In this document: positions 24,081 to 36,764 of the stretch, one piece after another
How the letters are laid out: every line of letters begins with the position of its first letter
Numbering within the stretch: the first letter of the stretch is position 1
Assembly: GCF_006345805.1 (NCBI RefSeq)
Contig: NC_043025.1
Span: forward strand, 7,750,001-7,814,000
Source of the DNA: Octopus sinensis
Taxonomy: Eukaryota
Reading direction: 5' to 3'
Length of the DNA stretch: 64,000 nucleotides
Position numbers and translations under genes: made by a program
Notes under the pieces: model-generated
The model's input: the letters and a program-made list of their open reading frames with translations, nothing else
What the model was told of the DNA's origin: nothing
The model's database searches: none

Positions 24081-24498
24081 TACATATATATTAGAAAAAC
24101 ACCTTTTATCAATTCAAAATGAAAAATTAAATTACACCATCTAGAAAATTACATATAATAGAAATATTAAATATAAGATAAAAATTATACCGATGATTAA
24201 GTAATGTGCAAAATAATAAATAAAATGTATATATTTGGTAGAATAACGACACGTGTTTTGTGGCTATATTTAAGAAATGATTATAGTAAAAATATTAGTA
24301 GTAGTAGTAAAATCACTTCAATATAAATATAGCCATTCATCATATATATATGTAAAGAATAAAAAGTTTTGAATAGTACAACAATACACTATAATACAGA
24401 CAATGGACTATATAACTGTTGTAAGTTAGTCATCCATAGTCTGATATGATATTTTGGAATAATATTCCTTCAGATATTCTTAGATGGAATTTAAATAA

Positions 24499-24965
24499 CC
24501 CTTTCGTTACTGTATTTATTTTGAGATGCTCTGTGTTTCTTTCAATTACTTTAAATATAACAAAGAATTTAGTAAAATAACTTGGTTATCATTCAGCTAG
24601 TGTCAGGAACATAAATTGTGACTAAGGTTTGGTGGAAGATTTTAATTCAGAACTTATGAAAACAAGACATTTGTACTATAGAACCAGAGTTAGTTTCAGC
24701 TGAGTTGGTATCAAAAGGGTTAAAAATATCATTGTGACTTTAACCTTTTTGTTACCATATTTCTGTTGAAATGCTCTGTGTTTCTTTCAATTAATTTTAA
24801 ATATAACAAAAAATTTAGTAAAATAACTTAGTTATCATTCAGCTAGTGTCAGGAACATGAATTGTGACTAAGGTTTAGTGGAAGATTTTAATTCAGAACT
24901 TATGAAAACAAGACATTTGCACTACAGAGCCAGAGCCAGTTCCAGCCGGGTTGGTATCAAAAGGG
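24499..24965 (-). mobile_element. piggyBac-like MITE dimer (two approximately 221-bp units, 24-bp linker)
   Basis: Units 24499-24719 and 24744-24965 with cccttt...aaaggg-type ends and TTAA at the junctions. Confidence 0.8.
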
Positions 24966-25020
24966 TTAACGGTTGAATGCCTCATTAAGGGATAATAAAA
25001 TCCAATGAGTATACTGGTTT

Positions 25021-25432
25021 ACTCTCTTTACTCTTTTACTTGTTTCAGTCATTTGACTGCGGCCATGCTGGAGCACCGCCTTTAGTCGAGCAAATCGACC
25101 CCGGGACTTATTCTTTTGTAAGCCCAGTACTTATTCTATCGGACTCTTTTGCCAAACCGCTAAGTGAGGGGGACGTGAACACACCAGCATCGGTTGTCAA
25201 GCAATGCTAGGGGGACAAACACAGACACACAAACACACACACATACACACATATATATACATATATACGACAGGCTTCTTTCAGTTTCCGTCTACTAAAT
25301 CCACTCACAAGGCATTGGTCGGCCCGGGGCTATAGCAGAAGACACTTGCCCAAGGTGCCACGCAGTGGGACTGAACCCGGAACCATGTGGTTGGTTAGCA
25401 AGCTACTTACCACATACCCATTCCTGCGCCTA
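25021..25432 (-). mobile_element. Family A SINE, full length
   Basis: Complete match to the family consensus. Confidence 0.9.
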
Positions 25433-25681
25433 TTTTATTAATTATTACAATAAATATTGAATATTATATTCACTATTCAGCTGTAAGGTAATTGGATAAA
25501 CTAGGGTCTATATATATATTTAAGAAAATAAGAAAATAGAGATAATTGATTATTATTTATTAATTTCAAAATTGGACATCATCTCTGACAGCTGTTTCGA
25601 TTCAAGACTTTAGAGATTAATTAGTATAATTAAAAACATTATAAAGTTGAATCTTGTCGGAGGTAGAAAAAGATATATCTG

Positions 25682-26115
25682 TTTCTTTATTACCTACAAG
25701 GGGCCAAACATAGAGGGGACAAACAAGGACAGACAAACGGATTAAGTCGATTACATCGACCCCAGTGCGTAACTGGTACTTAATTTATCGACCCCGAAAG
25801 GATGAAAGGCAAAGTCGATTTCGGCGGAATTTGAACTCAGAACGCAACGACAGACGCAATACCTATTTCTTTACTACCCACAAGGGGCTAAACATAGAGG
25901 GGACAAACAAGGACAGACATAGGTATTAAGTTGATTACATCGACCCCAGTGCATAACTGGTACTCAATTTATCGAACCCGAAAGGATGAAAGGTAAAGTT
26001 GACCTCGGCGGAATTTGAACTCACAACGTAACGGCAGACAAAATACCACTAAGCATTTTGCCTGGCGTGCTAACGTTTCTGCCAGCTCACCGCCTTTGTG
26101 CCAGCTCACCGCCTT
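25682..26115 (-). mobile_element. Family C SINE with duplicated body
   Basis: Reverse complement of the head at about 26060-26115; two body copies. Confidence 0.85.
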
Positions 26116-26520
26116 AAGATATATCATTATATATCATTATATTTTCGTATTGTGTGTTGAGGATACGGAGCAAATCCGCTAACTGATAATTGTTTTATAG
26201 AAAGAACATGGTATTAACCTTCCAAAGGTGGGGAAGGCAGTATAATATTTAGAGAATTTATTATGAAAGTAAAAATAAAGAATACGATATGGTAATAAAT
26301 CATATATATCCAAAGCATATTTAAGTATCAAATAAATATATATATATTAGACGCTGGAGTGGCTGTGTGGTAAGTAGCTTGCTTACCAACCACATGGTTC
26401 CAGGTTCAGTCCCACTGCGTGACACCTTGGGCAAGTGTCTTCTACTATAGCCTCGGGCCGACCAAAGCCTTGTGAGTGGATTTGGTAGACGGAAACTGAA
26501 AGAAGCCCGTCATATATATG

Positions 26521-26563
<43 letters not shown>

Positions 26564-26721
26564 GGAGTGGCTGTGTGGTAAGTAGCTTGCTTACCAACCA
26601 CATGGTTCCGGGTTCAGTCTCACTGCGTGGCACCTGGGCAAGTGTCTTCTGCTATAGCCCCGGGCCGACCAATGCCTTGTGAGTGGATTTGGTAGACGGA
26701 AACTGAAAGAAGCCCGTCGTA

Positions 26722-26783
<62 letters not shown>

Positions 26784-26912
26784 GCATGTTTGTTTGTGTG
26801 TCTGTGTTTGTCCCTCTAGCATTGCTTGACAACCGATGCTGGTGTGTTTATGCCCCCGTCGCTTAGCGGTTCGGCAAAAGAGACCCACTAGGCCACATGC
26901 CCTCATGTATAT

Positions 26913-27119
26913 GTGAATGCATGTCTATGTATACACGTACATGAACACACACACATATACATACATCCATACACAAAAAATATTTATGCATATCTATTTA
27001 TCTCATTCTCTCTACACACACACATTCATTCATACATACATATACATATATATATATTTATATATATATATATATATATATTTATGTGTATATATATATA
27101 TTTATGTGTGTATATATAT

Positions 27120-27155
<36 letters not shown>

Positions 27156-27221
27156 GTATTGTATATATATGTATGTATATATATGTATATATATGTATAT
27201 ATATATGTATATATATGTATG

Positions 27222-27252
<31 letters not shown>

Positions 27253-27481
27253 ATATTTATATATATATATATGTATATATATGTATGTATATGTATGTAT
27301 ATGTATATATATATGTATGTATATGTATGTATATGTATATATATATGTATGTATATGTATATATATGTATATATATATATATGTATATATATATATGTAT
27401 GTATATATATATGTATGTATATATGTATATATATATGTATGTATATATGTATGTATGTATATGTATGTATGTATATGTATG

Positions 27482-27517
<36 letters not shown>

Positions 27518-27555
27518 AGTATGTATATATATTTATATATATATGTATACAGATA
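26913..27555. repeat. (AT)n/(ATGT)n compound microsatellite
   Basis: Directly visible. Confidence 0.9.
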
Positions 27556-28014
27556 GGTGTTTGTAGAATATAATGAATAAACAGTTCCATTGATTAAACG
27601 ACCAGGATAGTCACGCAGTCATTTACTGAAACAGGCAATATTCATTAGTTAATGACTAACAGTAGCGCAGCTAGTATCGGATACAATTCCCCAAGCGGTT
27701 CATCCCAGCGAGTGCTGCACTTTCTTTCTATCTTGTTGAGATATTTTCACGATTGTATTACTAAATAAATAAACACTAAAACCATACAGCTATCTGTGTG
27801 TAGCAACACATAAATATATATATATATATATATAAAAATATATATGTGTGTATATATATATATATGTGTGTGTGTGTTTTGTTAATCTTTTAAGTATTGG
27901 TTTCAATCATTAGGCTTGCAATGTTGGGAATGGTGGCTTTACTCTCCGTGGGGGTCGGAGGTGTGGATTCATACAGTCGATAAAATAAATACCAGACCGT
28001 CATGCTTAATATCA

Positions 28015-28480
28015 CGATGATCATCACCATCGCCGTCGTCGTCGCCTTAGTCATGACCATCAACATCATTACCATCGCCACCACCATTGTCATAATCATA
28101 ATCGTCACTACCATCATCATCATCATCAACATCATCAACATTGTCATCATCACCATCACCATTGTCATCATTGTCATCATCATCAACATCATCATCCTCC
28201 TCATCACCATCATCACCATCATCATCATCATCATCAACATTGTCATCATCACCACCATCATCACCATCACCACCACCATTGTCATCATCATCACCACCAT
28301 CATCACCATCATCATTGTCGTTATCACCACCATCAACATCATCATCATCATCAACATCGTCATCATCACCAACATTGTCATCATCACCATCATCATCATC
28401 ACCACCACCATTGTCATCGTCACCATCATCATCATCAACATCATCGTTGTCGTTGTCATTGACATCGTTGTCGTTTTAGC
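28015..28480. repeat. Degenerate (ATC/ACC/GTC)n trinucleotide tract
   Basis: Directly visible; source of the poly-I/M/S ORFs. Confidence 0.92.
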
Positions 28481-28904
28481 ATCTACTTTCCCCATGCTCT
28501 TACAGACTGGATGGAAATTTGTCATGGCGACAGATGCTCTACCTGTTGCCAAACTCCATCCGTTTCGAACCTCGGTAATATTTACACCTATAACCATACG
28601 TGTTTCCAGAGAAGATTGGAAACAAAGAAAACGGCTTACAACTAACGCATAATGTCGATGTGAAGGAGACAGTAACACACATCTGTATCTAATATCTAAG
28701 TCTTTATCTCATCATCATCATCCTTCATCATCATTTGATGTCCGTTTTTCATGCTGGCATGGCTTAGAATATTTGATGGGAGCTTACAAACTGAAGAGCT
28801 GCCCGGACTCCATGTCTGTTTTGGCATGGTTTCTATGGCTCTATGCTCTTCCAAGTGCCTATTTCTTTACTACCCACACAGCCACACCTTTTATCTTTTA
28901 TTTT

Positions 28905-30340
28905 TTACTTGTTTCAGTCATTTGACTGTGGCCATGCTGGAGCACCGCCTTTAGTCAAGCAAATCGACCCCAGAATCTTATTCCTTGTAAGCGCAGTACT
29001 TATTCTATTGGTCTCTTTTGCCGAACCGCTAAGTGACGGGGACGTAAACACACCAGCATCGGTTGTCAAGCAATGCTAGGGGGACAAACACAGACACACA
29101 AACATATACACAAACATACACACACGTATATACGTATATACGACAGGCTTCTTTCAGTTTCCGTCTGCCAAATCCACTCACAAGGCATTGGTCGGCCCGG
29201 GGCTATAGCAGAAGACACTTGCCCAAGATGCCACACGGTGGGACTGAACCTGGATCTATGTGGTTGGTAAGCAAGCTACTTACCACACAGCCACTCCTGC
29301 ACCTGTATATATATATATATATATGTATACATATATACGACGGGCTTCTTTCAGTTTCCGTCTACCAAATCCGCTCACAAGGCATTGGTCGGCCCGGGGC
29401 TATAGCAGAAGATGCCACACGGTGGGACTGAACCCGGAACCATGTGGTTGGCAAGCAAGCTACTTACCACACAGCAACTCCTGCGTCTCCTTCACACCTG
29501 GTGAAGATAAAAAAACCGATGCTAATTCAACTATTATTTTTATCTGAATGGTGTCTCTTGGTATGTTACCTTAGTAATTATCATACTGTTTGATGCCTAT
29601 TAGTGTATGCTACTTCACATCAGTTCAGTGAATATCTTATCACTAATATTCATTAAGGGGGTCTAACGGGTTGAAAACATTTCAGATTTGTTACTCTTCG
29701 CTGTTGAGATTAGATTAGGATAATATTAGCAAACTTTGTTCATAAAGTTTAAAAAGAAAAATGATTAAGGTATTTATATGAGTGGCTGTGTGGTAAGTAG
29801 CCTGTTTACCAACCACATGGTTCCGGGTTCAGTCCCACTGCGTGGCACCTTGGGCAAGTGTCTTCTACTATAGCCTCGGGCCGACCAATGCCTTGTGAGT
29901 GGATTTGGTAGGATTTGGTATATATATATATATATATATATATAGGCGCAGGAGTGGCTGTGTGGTAAGTAGCTTGCTAACCAACCACATAGTTCTGGGT
30001 TCAGTCCCACTGCATAGCACCTTGGGCAAGTGTCTTCTACTATAGCCTCGGGCCAACCAAAGCCTTGTGAGTGGATTTGGTAGATGGAAACTGAAAGAAG
30101 CCCGTCGTATATATGTATATATATATATGTGTGTGTCTGTGTTTGTACCCCTAGCATTGCTTGACAACCGATGCTGGTGTGTTTATGTCCCCATTGCTTA
30201 GCGGTTCGGCAAAAGAGACCGATAGAATAAGTACTGGGCTAACAAAAGAATAAGTACCGGGGTCGAGTTGCTCGATTAAAGGCGGTGCTCCAGCATGGCC
30301 GCAGTCAAATGACTGAAACAAGTAAAAGAGAAAGAGAAAA
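28905..30340. mobile_element. Cluster of family A SINEs: 28905-29303 (-), 29335-29485 (-), 29780-29915 (+), 29943-30340 (+)
   Basis: Each segment matches the family consensus. Confidence 0.8.
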
Positions 30341-31529
30341 GAGAATGTCATCATCATCGTCATTTAACGTCTGTTTTCCATGCTGGCATGGGTTAGACGG
30401 TTTGTCTGGGACTGGTGAGCCAGGGAGCTGCACCAGGGTCCAGTGATCTGTTTCGGATTGGTTTCTTGGGTAGATCGACCCCCAGTACACAACTATTACT
30501 TAATTTATCGACCCGTGAAAGGATGAAAGACAAAGTTGACTTCAGCGGAATTTGAACTCAGAATGTAAAATGGAGAAGTGGTTACTTTTCTGCTCTAGGC
30601 ACAAGGCCTGAAATTTTGGGGGAGGGGGGGTCAGTCGATTAGATCGATCGCCAGTACACAACTGGTACTTAATTTATCAACCCCCAAAAGGATGAAAGGC
30701 AAAGTTGACCTCAGCGGAATTTGAACTCAGAATGTACAATGGAAAAGTGGATACTAAAATGATGATGATGATGGTGATGAGGATGATGATGAATAAGCTA
30801 TAAGAAAATTACTTGTTTATTCAATAAATGACAAATTGTTCCCAAGACTAAATTTAGACCTTGTATTTATGTATTCAGCTTATCAATTGAAATATTTTAA
30901 AACTACAGAAAATTAAAGTAATTACATCTTCTTTTAATTAATGAATCATACTTACTAATAAGAAACTTGACCTTGAGGGTGCTTTTCTGTGGTAATGTTT
31001 TAATCATACTTTCTATATTTATATGAATTTGAAATAAACATAATTTCATCTTCTATAGAAACCTATCACATACATACATACATACATACTTATATAGATA
31101 TGTATATATACACTACTAGCCCTACAACACACAAAGATTAACAGCCACATACACACGCACACACACACGTGTTATCATTGCACACATACACACATACAGA
31201 CCTCCGCGCACACACATATCCACACTTACACACACCTTCCTCCTCCTCTACCACTCTCCTGTCTTTGAAAGAACTTTTCTTCACCCATTTCCTTCCGGTC
31301 ATTCAAAATGTGACCGCGTGTGTACCGTTGGCGATTTTTTTTTTCCTCTGTCTTCCCTTCTCTGGATCTTTCCTTCTCCTATGTTTCCGACGAAGAGCTC
31401 CGCTCGAAACGTTAAACCCTCCTTCTTTCCTGAGCGTCCAATAATACTTTATTTGTTCCACGTCCTCGCTTTGTTGTGTTTTATTTTGTGCTTTCATGTT
31501 TGGATTAACTTTATGTATATATATCTCTC

Positions 31530-31909
31530 TCTATATAAACGGCAGTTTGTCTGTGCGTGTTTCTGTGTGTCTGTTAGCTTGTACCCTCACCCTGACCACG
31601 GCTTTCAACCGATTCTGATGAAACTTGACACACACATAGCCCAATGTCATAATTCAAAACTAACGCAGCGAAAATTTTGAAAAGTTCCCCCAGTTCTGAA
31701 AAAAATTGATAAATTCGACATGGGGTCGAGAATCATAAACACGAACCACAAACTGTCTAGGGGACGCAACTCCACCTTTTTTAAATCTCAAAAAAAAATT
31801 TACCATCATTTTTTTCCCATTTTTTTGCTATTTTTTGGCTATAACTCTCTAAAAATGCTTTATAGTTATTTCCCTTACAAACCTGAGCAACGCCGAGCGA
31901 TACTGCTAG
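31530..31909 (+). mobile_element. Non-autonomous Helitron
   Basis: 5' tctatataaac; 3' cctgagcaacgccgagcgatactgCTAG|t; shares its 3' end with 36350-36744. Confidence 0.7.
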
Positions 31910-32149
31910 TAGTTGATAAAGGAGATGGAATATAGATTTAGTATGAATATTTATTCAACACTACGACTGTTTCGACCCATCCTGCATCTGTGTTTATATA
32001 AGTAGATAAATAGCAAAAAAAAAACTCAATTGAATAACATTCTTTATTTAAAATCACTCTACAATTGTTTTGATACATTTTTACACCTGTAGTACATAGG
32101 TGAGATGGCATTCATTCCATTTTGTATTTATGTGTCTGTTTGTCTGTCC

Positions 32150-32344
32150 AACTGTCTATGTATGTATGTATGTATGTGTCTATCTATCTATCTCTATCTG
32201 TTTATCTATCTATCTATCTGTATGTCTGTCTGTCTGTCTGTCTGTTTGCCTATCTATCTGTATGTCTGTCTGTCTGTTTGCCTATCTATCTATCTATCTG
32301 TCTGTCTGTCTGTTTGCCTATCTACCTATCTATCTATCTGTCTA

Positions 32345-32389
<45 letters not shown>

Positions 32390-32436
32390 ATCTTCATCCA
32401 TCCATCCATCTATCTATCTGTCTGTCTGTCTGTCTA

Positions 32437-32473
<37 letters not shown>

Positions 32474-32500
32474 ATCTTCATCCATCTATCCATCTATCTA

Positions 32501-32533
<33 letters not shown>

Positions 32534-32850
32534 ATCTCCATCCATCTATCTATCTGTCTGTCTGTCTGTCTGTCTGTCCTTCTATTTACCTGTCTCTCTG
32601 TCCATCCCTCTGTCTGTCTTTCTGTCCTTCTATCTACTTGTCTGTCTATCTGTCTGTTTGTCCATTCTTCTGTCTACCAGTCTCTCTATCCATCCCTCTG
32701 TCTGTCTGTCTGTCCTATCTACCTGTCTGTTTGTCCATCCTCCTGTCTGCCTGTCCATCCCTCTATCTATCTCTCTTTCTGTCCATCCTTCCATCTTCTT
32801 GTCTGTCTATTTATCAAATTATTAAATCACCTCCTCAATCAATCAATCAA
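32150..32850. repeat. (TCTA/TCTG/TCCA)n tetranucleotide tract just upstream of the CMIP-like exon acceptor
   Basis: Directly visible. Confidence 0.92.
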
Positions 32851-32884
32851 CCATTAACCATTCTCTCCCTTTGTCTCATTCCAG

Positions 32885-33013
32885 CCTACAGGATTCATGA
32901 ATCACTCAATCCCTTACTCTTCAATCGAGGACATCCACATTATATCCCGCTGGGATGCGGGACACAAGTTTTGTATTCGTATTACCATCCAAGATGGTTC
33001 TCTCTTACTTCAG
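32885..33013 (+). CDS. CMIP: Internal coding exon (43 codons, phase 0/0) of a CMIP-like gene, PH-domain segment PTGFMNHSIPYSSIEDIHIISRWDAGHKFCIRITIQDGSLLLQ
   Basis: Polypyrimidine acceptor (ctctccctttgtctcattccag) and donor (CAG|gttagt) enclose a stop-free 129 bp. The peptide aligns end to end with my recollection of human CMIP [42 protein letters not shown]. No search was run. Confidence 0.82.
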
Positions 33014-33500
33014 GTTAGTTACCACACTTTCTTTTTAATCTTTTAACTGTTGTTATGTATGTGTGTATGTATATATATGATGGCTGCCCCCTCGTTATCG
33101 AGTATGGCCATTGCACGAAACTTAATCAATGTTGTTATCGTGCAATGCCTGTGCAAAAAGATTTTTTTTTAAGTGAGGAAAGGCTGTGCACTGAGTCAAT
33201 CCCACTCACTAAGCAACAGCAGCCATAATCCGAAAAGAAGAACAAGTCAACATCATCGGTAACCACTGAGCCGTTATCCCAGTTATATAAATACATATGT
33301 TAATAAATATATATATACATATATACGACAGGCTTCTTTCAGTTTCCGTCTACCAAATCCACTCACAAGGCATTGGTCGGCCGGGGGCTATAGCAGAAGA
33401 CACTTGTCCAAGATACCACGCAGTGGGACTGAACCCGGAACTATGTGGTTGGTTAGCATGCTACTTACCACACAGCCACTCCTGTGCCTATTTATAGTTC

Positions 33501-33675
33501 CCACTGTATAGTTCCCTGAAGGATTCCACTGTATAGTTCCCTGAAGGACTCACCCATATACTTCCCTGAGGAACTTAATTGCACAGTTTCCCGAAGAACT
33601 TAGTTGCACATTTCCCCGAGGAACTTAGCTGTGCAGTACCCTGAAGAAATCTCCTGCGTAGTTTGCCTGAGGGTC
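33501..33675. repeat. Degenerate 25-bp minisatellite, 7 units
   Basis: Units start at 33501, 33526, 33551, 33576, 33601, 33626 and 33651; shared core ttccc(t/c)ga(a/g)gaa/gga. Confidence 0.8.
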
Positions 33676-33811
33676 TCCACTGAGAATTGAAGTCTCCTCA
33701 GAGAGCGAGAGATCCATTAACTGTAACTGTTTGACTTCTATCTTTCAAAAAGTCAATCAGCCACTCCCTTAGGTTTCTAATGATACCAAAGTCATGCAGT
33801 TTGTGACATAT

Positions 33812-34042
33812 CTATTTCTTTACTACCCACAAAAGGCTAAACACAGAAGGGGCAAACAAGGACAGACAAATGGATTAAGTCGATCACATCGACCCCAGTG
33901 CGTAACTGGTACTTAATTTATCAACCCTGAAAGGATGAAAGGCAAAGTCGACCCCGGCGGAATTTGAACTCAGAACGTAGCGGCAGACGAAATACTGCAA
34001 AGCTTTTCGCCAGGCGTGCTAATGTTTCTGCCAGCTCGCCGT
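33812..34042 (-). mobile_element. Family C SINE
   Basis: Single head plus body, reverse orientation. Confidence 0.8.
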
Positions 34043-34261
34043 TTGTGACATATCAGCCCATGACCAACTTTGTTGAAGTCTTAGACAAAGTTGGGACAAA
34101 TCACATCCACTTTTGAGTGCTTGAGCTGTTGTTTCAGTCCCCAGTCAAAATGGTGTGATAACTGTATAAGGCAGAGTATTTTTGTTTGTAAGACTACAAA
34201 AGAGTTGTTGAGTTTACTCAATACTATCTTTTATTTACTTAAGTATTACTCTACCTTTGGT

Positions 34262-34860
34262 AGGCACATGGCCTAGTGGTTAGAGCACCGGACTCGCTGT
34301 CAAGGGATCGCTGGTTCGAATCTCAGACTGGGCAATGTGGTGTTTATGAGCGAAACACCTAAGCTCCACACGGCTCCGACAGAAGGTAATGGCGAACTTC
34401 TGCTGACTCTTTCGCCACAACTTTCTCTCACTCTTTCCTCCTGCATCTTGCAGCTCACCTGCGATGGACTGGTGTCCTGTCCAGGTGGGGAACCTATACG
34501 CCAAGGAAACCGGGAAACCGGCCTTTAATGAGCCTGGCATGGCTCAAGTAGGAACATTGTGGAAGCACATGGCCTAGTGGTTAGAGCAGCGGACATGCGG
34601 TCGAGGGATCACTGGTTTGAATCTCAGACTGGGCAATGTGGTGTTTATGAGCGAAACACCTAAGCTCCACGCGGCTCCAGTAGATGGTAATGACGAACCT
34701 CTGCTGACTCTTTCGCCACAACTTTCTCTCACTCTTTTCTCCTGCATCTTGCAGCTCACCTGCGACGGACCGGCGCCCGTCCAGGTGGGGAACTTATATG
34801 CCAAGAAACTGGGAAACCGGCCCTTATGAGCCAGGCATGGCTCGAGAAGGAACAAACAAC
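34262..34860 (+). mobile_element. Head-to-tail dimer of family B SINE, tail type B2 (V-domain-like)
   Basis: Two approximately 300-bp copies with cctgcgatggactggtgtcctgtccagg, resembling the V-SINE central domain (from memory). Confidence 0.8.
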
Positions 34861-34990
34861 CTTTGGTATTGAGTACTTTTTTTAAATATTGTATTTTTAT
34901 TAACAATGGTACACACCCATATACATACATTTGTGTACATACCTATGTATAAGTGTATATGTGTATATATATTGTTTCTATATATGCTTT

Positions 34991-35308
34991 GGCACTCCGT
35001 CAGTTACGACGACGAGGGTTCCAGTTGATCTGATCAATGGAACAGCCTGCTTTTGAAATTAGCATGTAAGTGGCTGAGTACTCCACAGACATGCATACCC
35101 TTAATATAGTTCTCAAGGAGATTCAGCATGACACAGAATGTGACAAGGCTGGCCCCTTTGAAATACAGGTACAATTCATTTTTGCCAGCTGAGTGGACTG
35201 AAGCAATGTGAAATAAAGTGTCTTGTTCAAGGAGCACAACGTGTCGCCTGGAATTGAACTCACATCCTTACGATCATGAGTTGAATACCCTAACCACTAA
35301 GCCATATG
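34991..35308 (-). mobile_element. Diverged SINE: tRNA head plus CORE-like segment plus B1-type tail
   Basis: B1 tail reverse complement at 34991-35165; cttgaacaagacact CORE-like motif on the minus strand. Confidence 0.6.
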
Positions 35309-35424
35309 GCTTTTGTATACGCATGCATATGTATACTGTGCACAAATGCATGTGTATGTATGCATGTATTTGCACTTGTGTCTGTAGGTGTGCATGTGTA
35401 TAAATATAATATATATATATATAT

Positions 35425-36005
35425 AGGCGCAGGAGTGGCTGTGTGGTAAGTAGCTTGCTCACCAACCACATGGTTCTGGGTTCAGTTCCACTGCGTGGTA
35501 TCTTGGGCAAGTGTCTTCTGCTATAGCCTCAGGCCGACCAATGCCTTGTGAGTGGATTTGGTAGACGGAAACTGAAAGAAGCCCGTCGTATAAGAGTGGC
35601 TGTGTGGTAAGTAGCTTGCTCACCAACCACATGGTTCCGGGTTCAGTCCCACTGTGTGGCATCTTGAGCAAGTGTCTTCTGCTATAGCCCCGGGCTGACC
35701 AATGCCTTGTGAGTGGATTTGGTAGACGGAAACTGAAAGAAGCCTGTCGTATATATGTGTGTATGTATATATATATATATGTATGTGTATGTGTGTGTTT
35801 GTGTGTCTGTGTTTGTCCCCCTAGCATTGCTTGTCAACCGATGCTGGTGTGTTTACGTCCCCGTCACTTAGCGGCTCGGCAAAAGAGACCGATAGAATAA
35901 GTACTGGGCTTACAAAGAATAAGTCCCGGGGTCGATTTGCTCGACTAAAGGCAGTACTTCAGCATGGCCGCAGTCAAATGACTGAAACAAGTAAAAGAGT
36001 AAAGA
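35425..36005 (+). mobile_element. Family A head module followed by a full family A SINE
   Basis: Heads at about 35425 and 35593. Confidence 0.85.
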
Positions 36006-36011
36006 GTAATG

Positions 36012-36048
<37 letters not shown>

Positions 36049-36349
36049 CAGACACACACACACACATACACAGACATATATATATATATTTTCATTTAGA
36101 GATAGATATAACTTGGCTAGTAGGTATTTAAAATAGAAACTCTTTTTTATATGGTGGGATGAAGGGGCCTACTATCTCTAAATGAAAATATATATTTCTT
36201 CATTGAGAATAATTCGAACCCCTGTGATGCTGGAATTTTTATTCCCTAACAAATAAAATTAAATATATATATATATATATTAATAAAAGGAATTCCAGCC
36301 TTGTCTGATTTTCACGTTTTATTTACAATCTTATAATGATATAATATAA

Positions 36350-36744
36350 TCTTTATATATAAAAGTGAAGTTGTGTGTCTGTCTCCTACGATTTAGATTC
36401 CTAACTACTCCCACATTTTGCGGTGCAGTTTAACCAAAAGCGGGTATCTTATAGTCGTGATTCATATCGAGCCCTTCTGGGTATTAGCGCGCATCTATGA
36501 TGAGTTTACGATTTAAAAAAAAATTTACCATCATTTTTTTCCATTTTAATGCATTTCTTCGCTATTATATAAGGGAAGTAACTCTCTAAAAATGTCTACG
36601 ATGAGTCAACGATTTAAAAAAAATTTACCATCATTTGTTTTCCATTTTTAATGCATTTTTTTGCTATTTTTTTGCTATAACTCTAATAATGCTTATATAG
36701 TTATTTCCCTTACAAACCCGAGCAACGCTGGGAGATACTGCTAG
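36350..36744 (+). mobile_element. Non-autonomous Helitron
   Basis: a|TCtttatatataaaag ... cccgagcaacgctggg hairpin ... CTAG|t; inserted between A and T with no TSD. Confidence 0.75.
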
Positions 36745-36764
36745 TATATATATGTATATATATG

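Noticed and set aside
27890-28678. Poly-Met/Ile/Ser ORFs
   Set aside because: They come from the (ATC)n tract.
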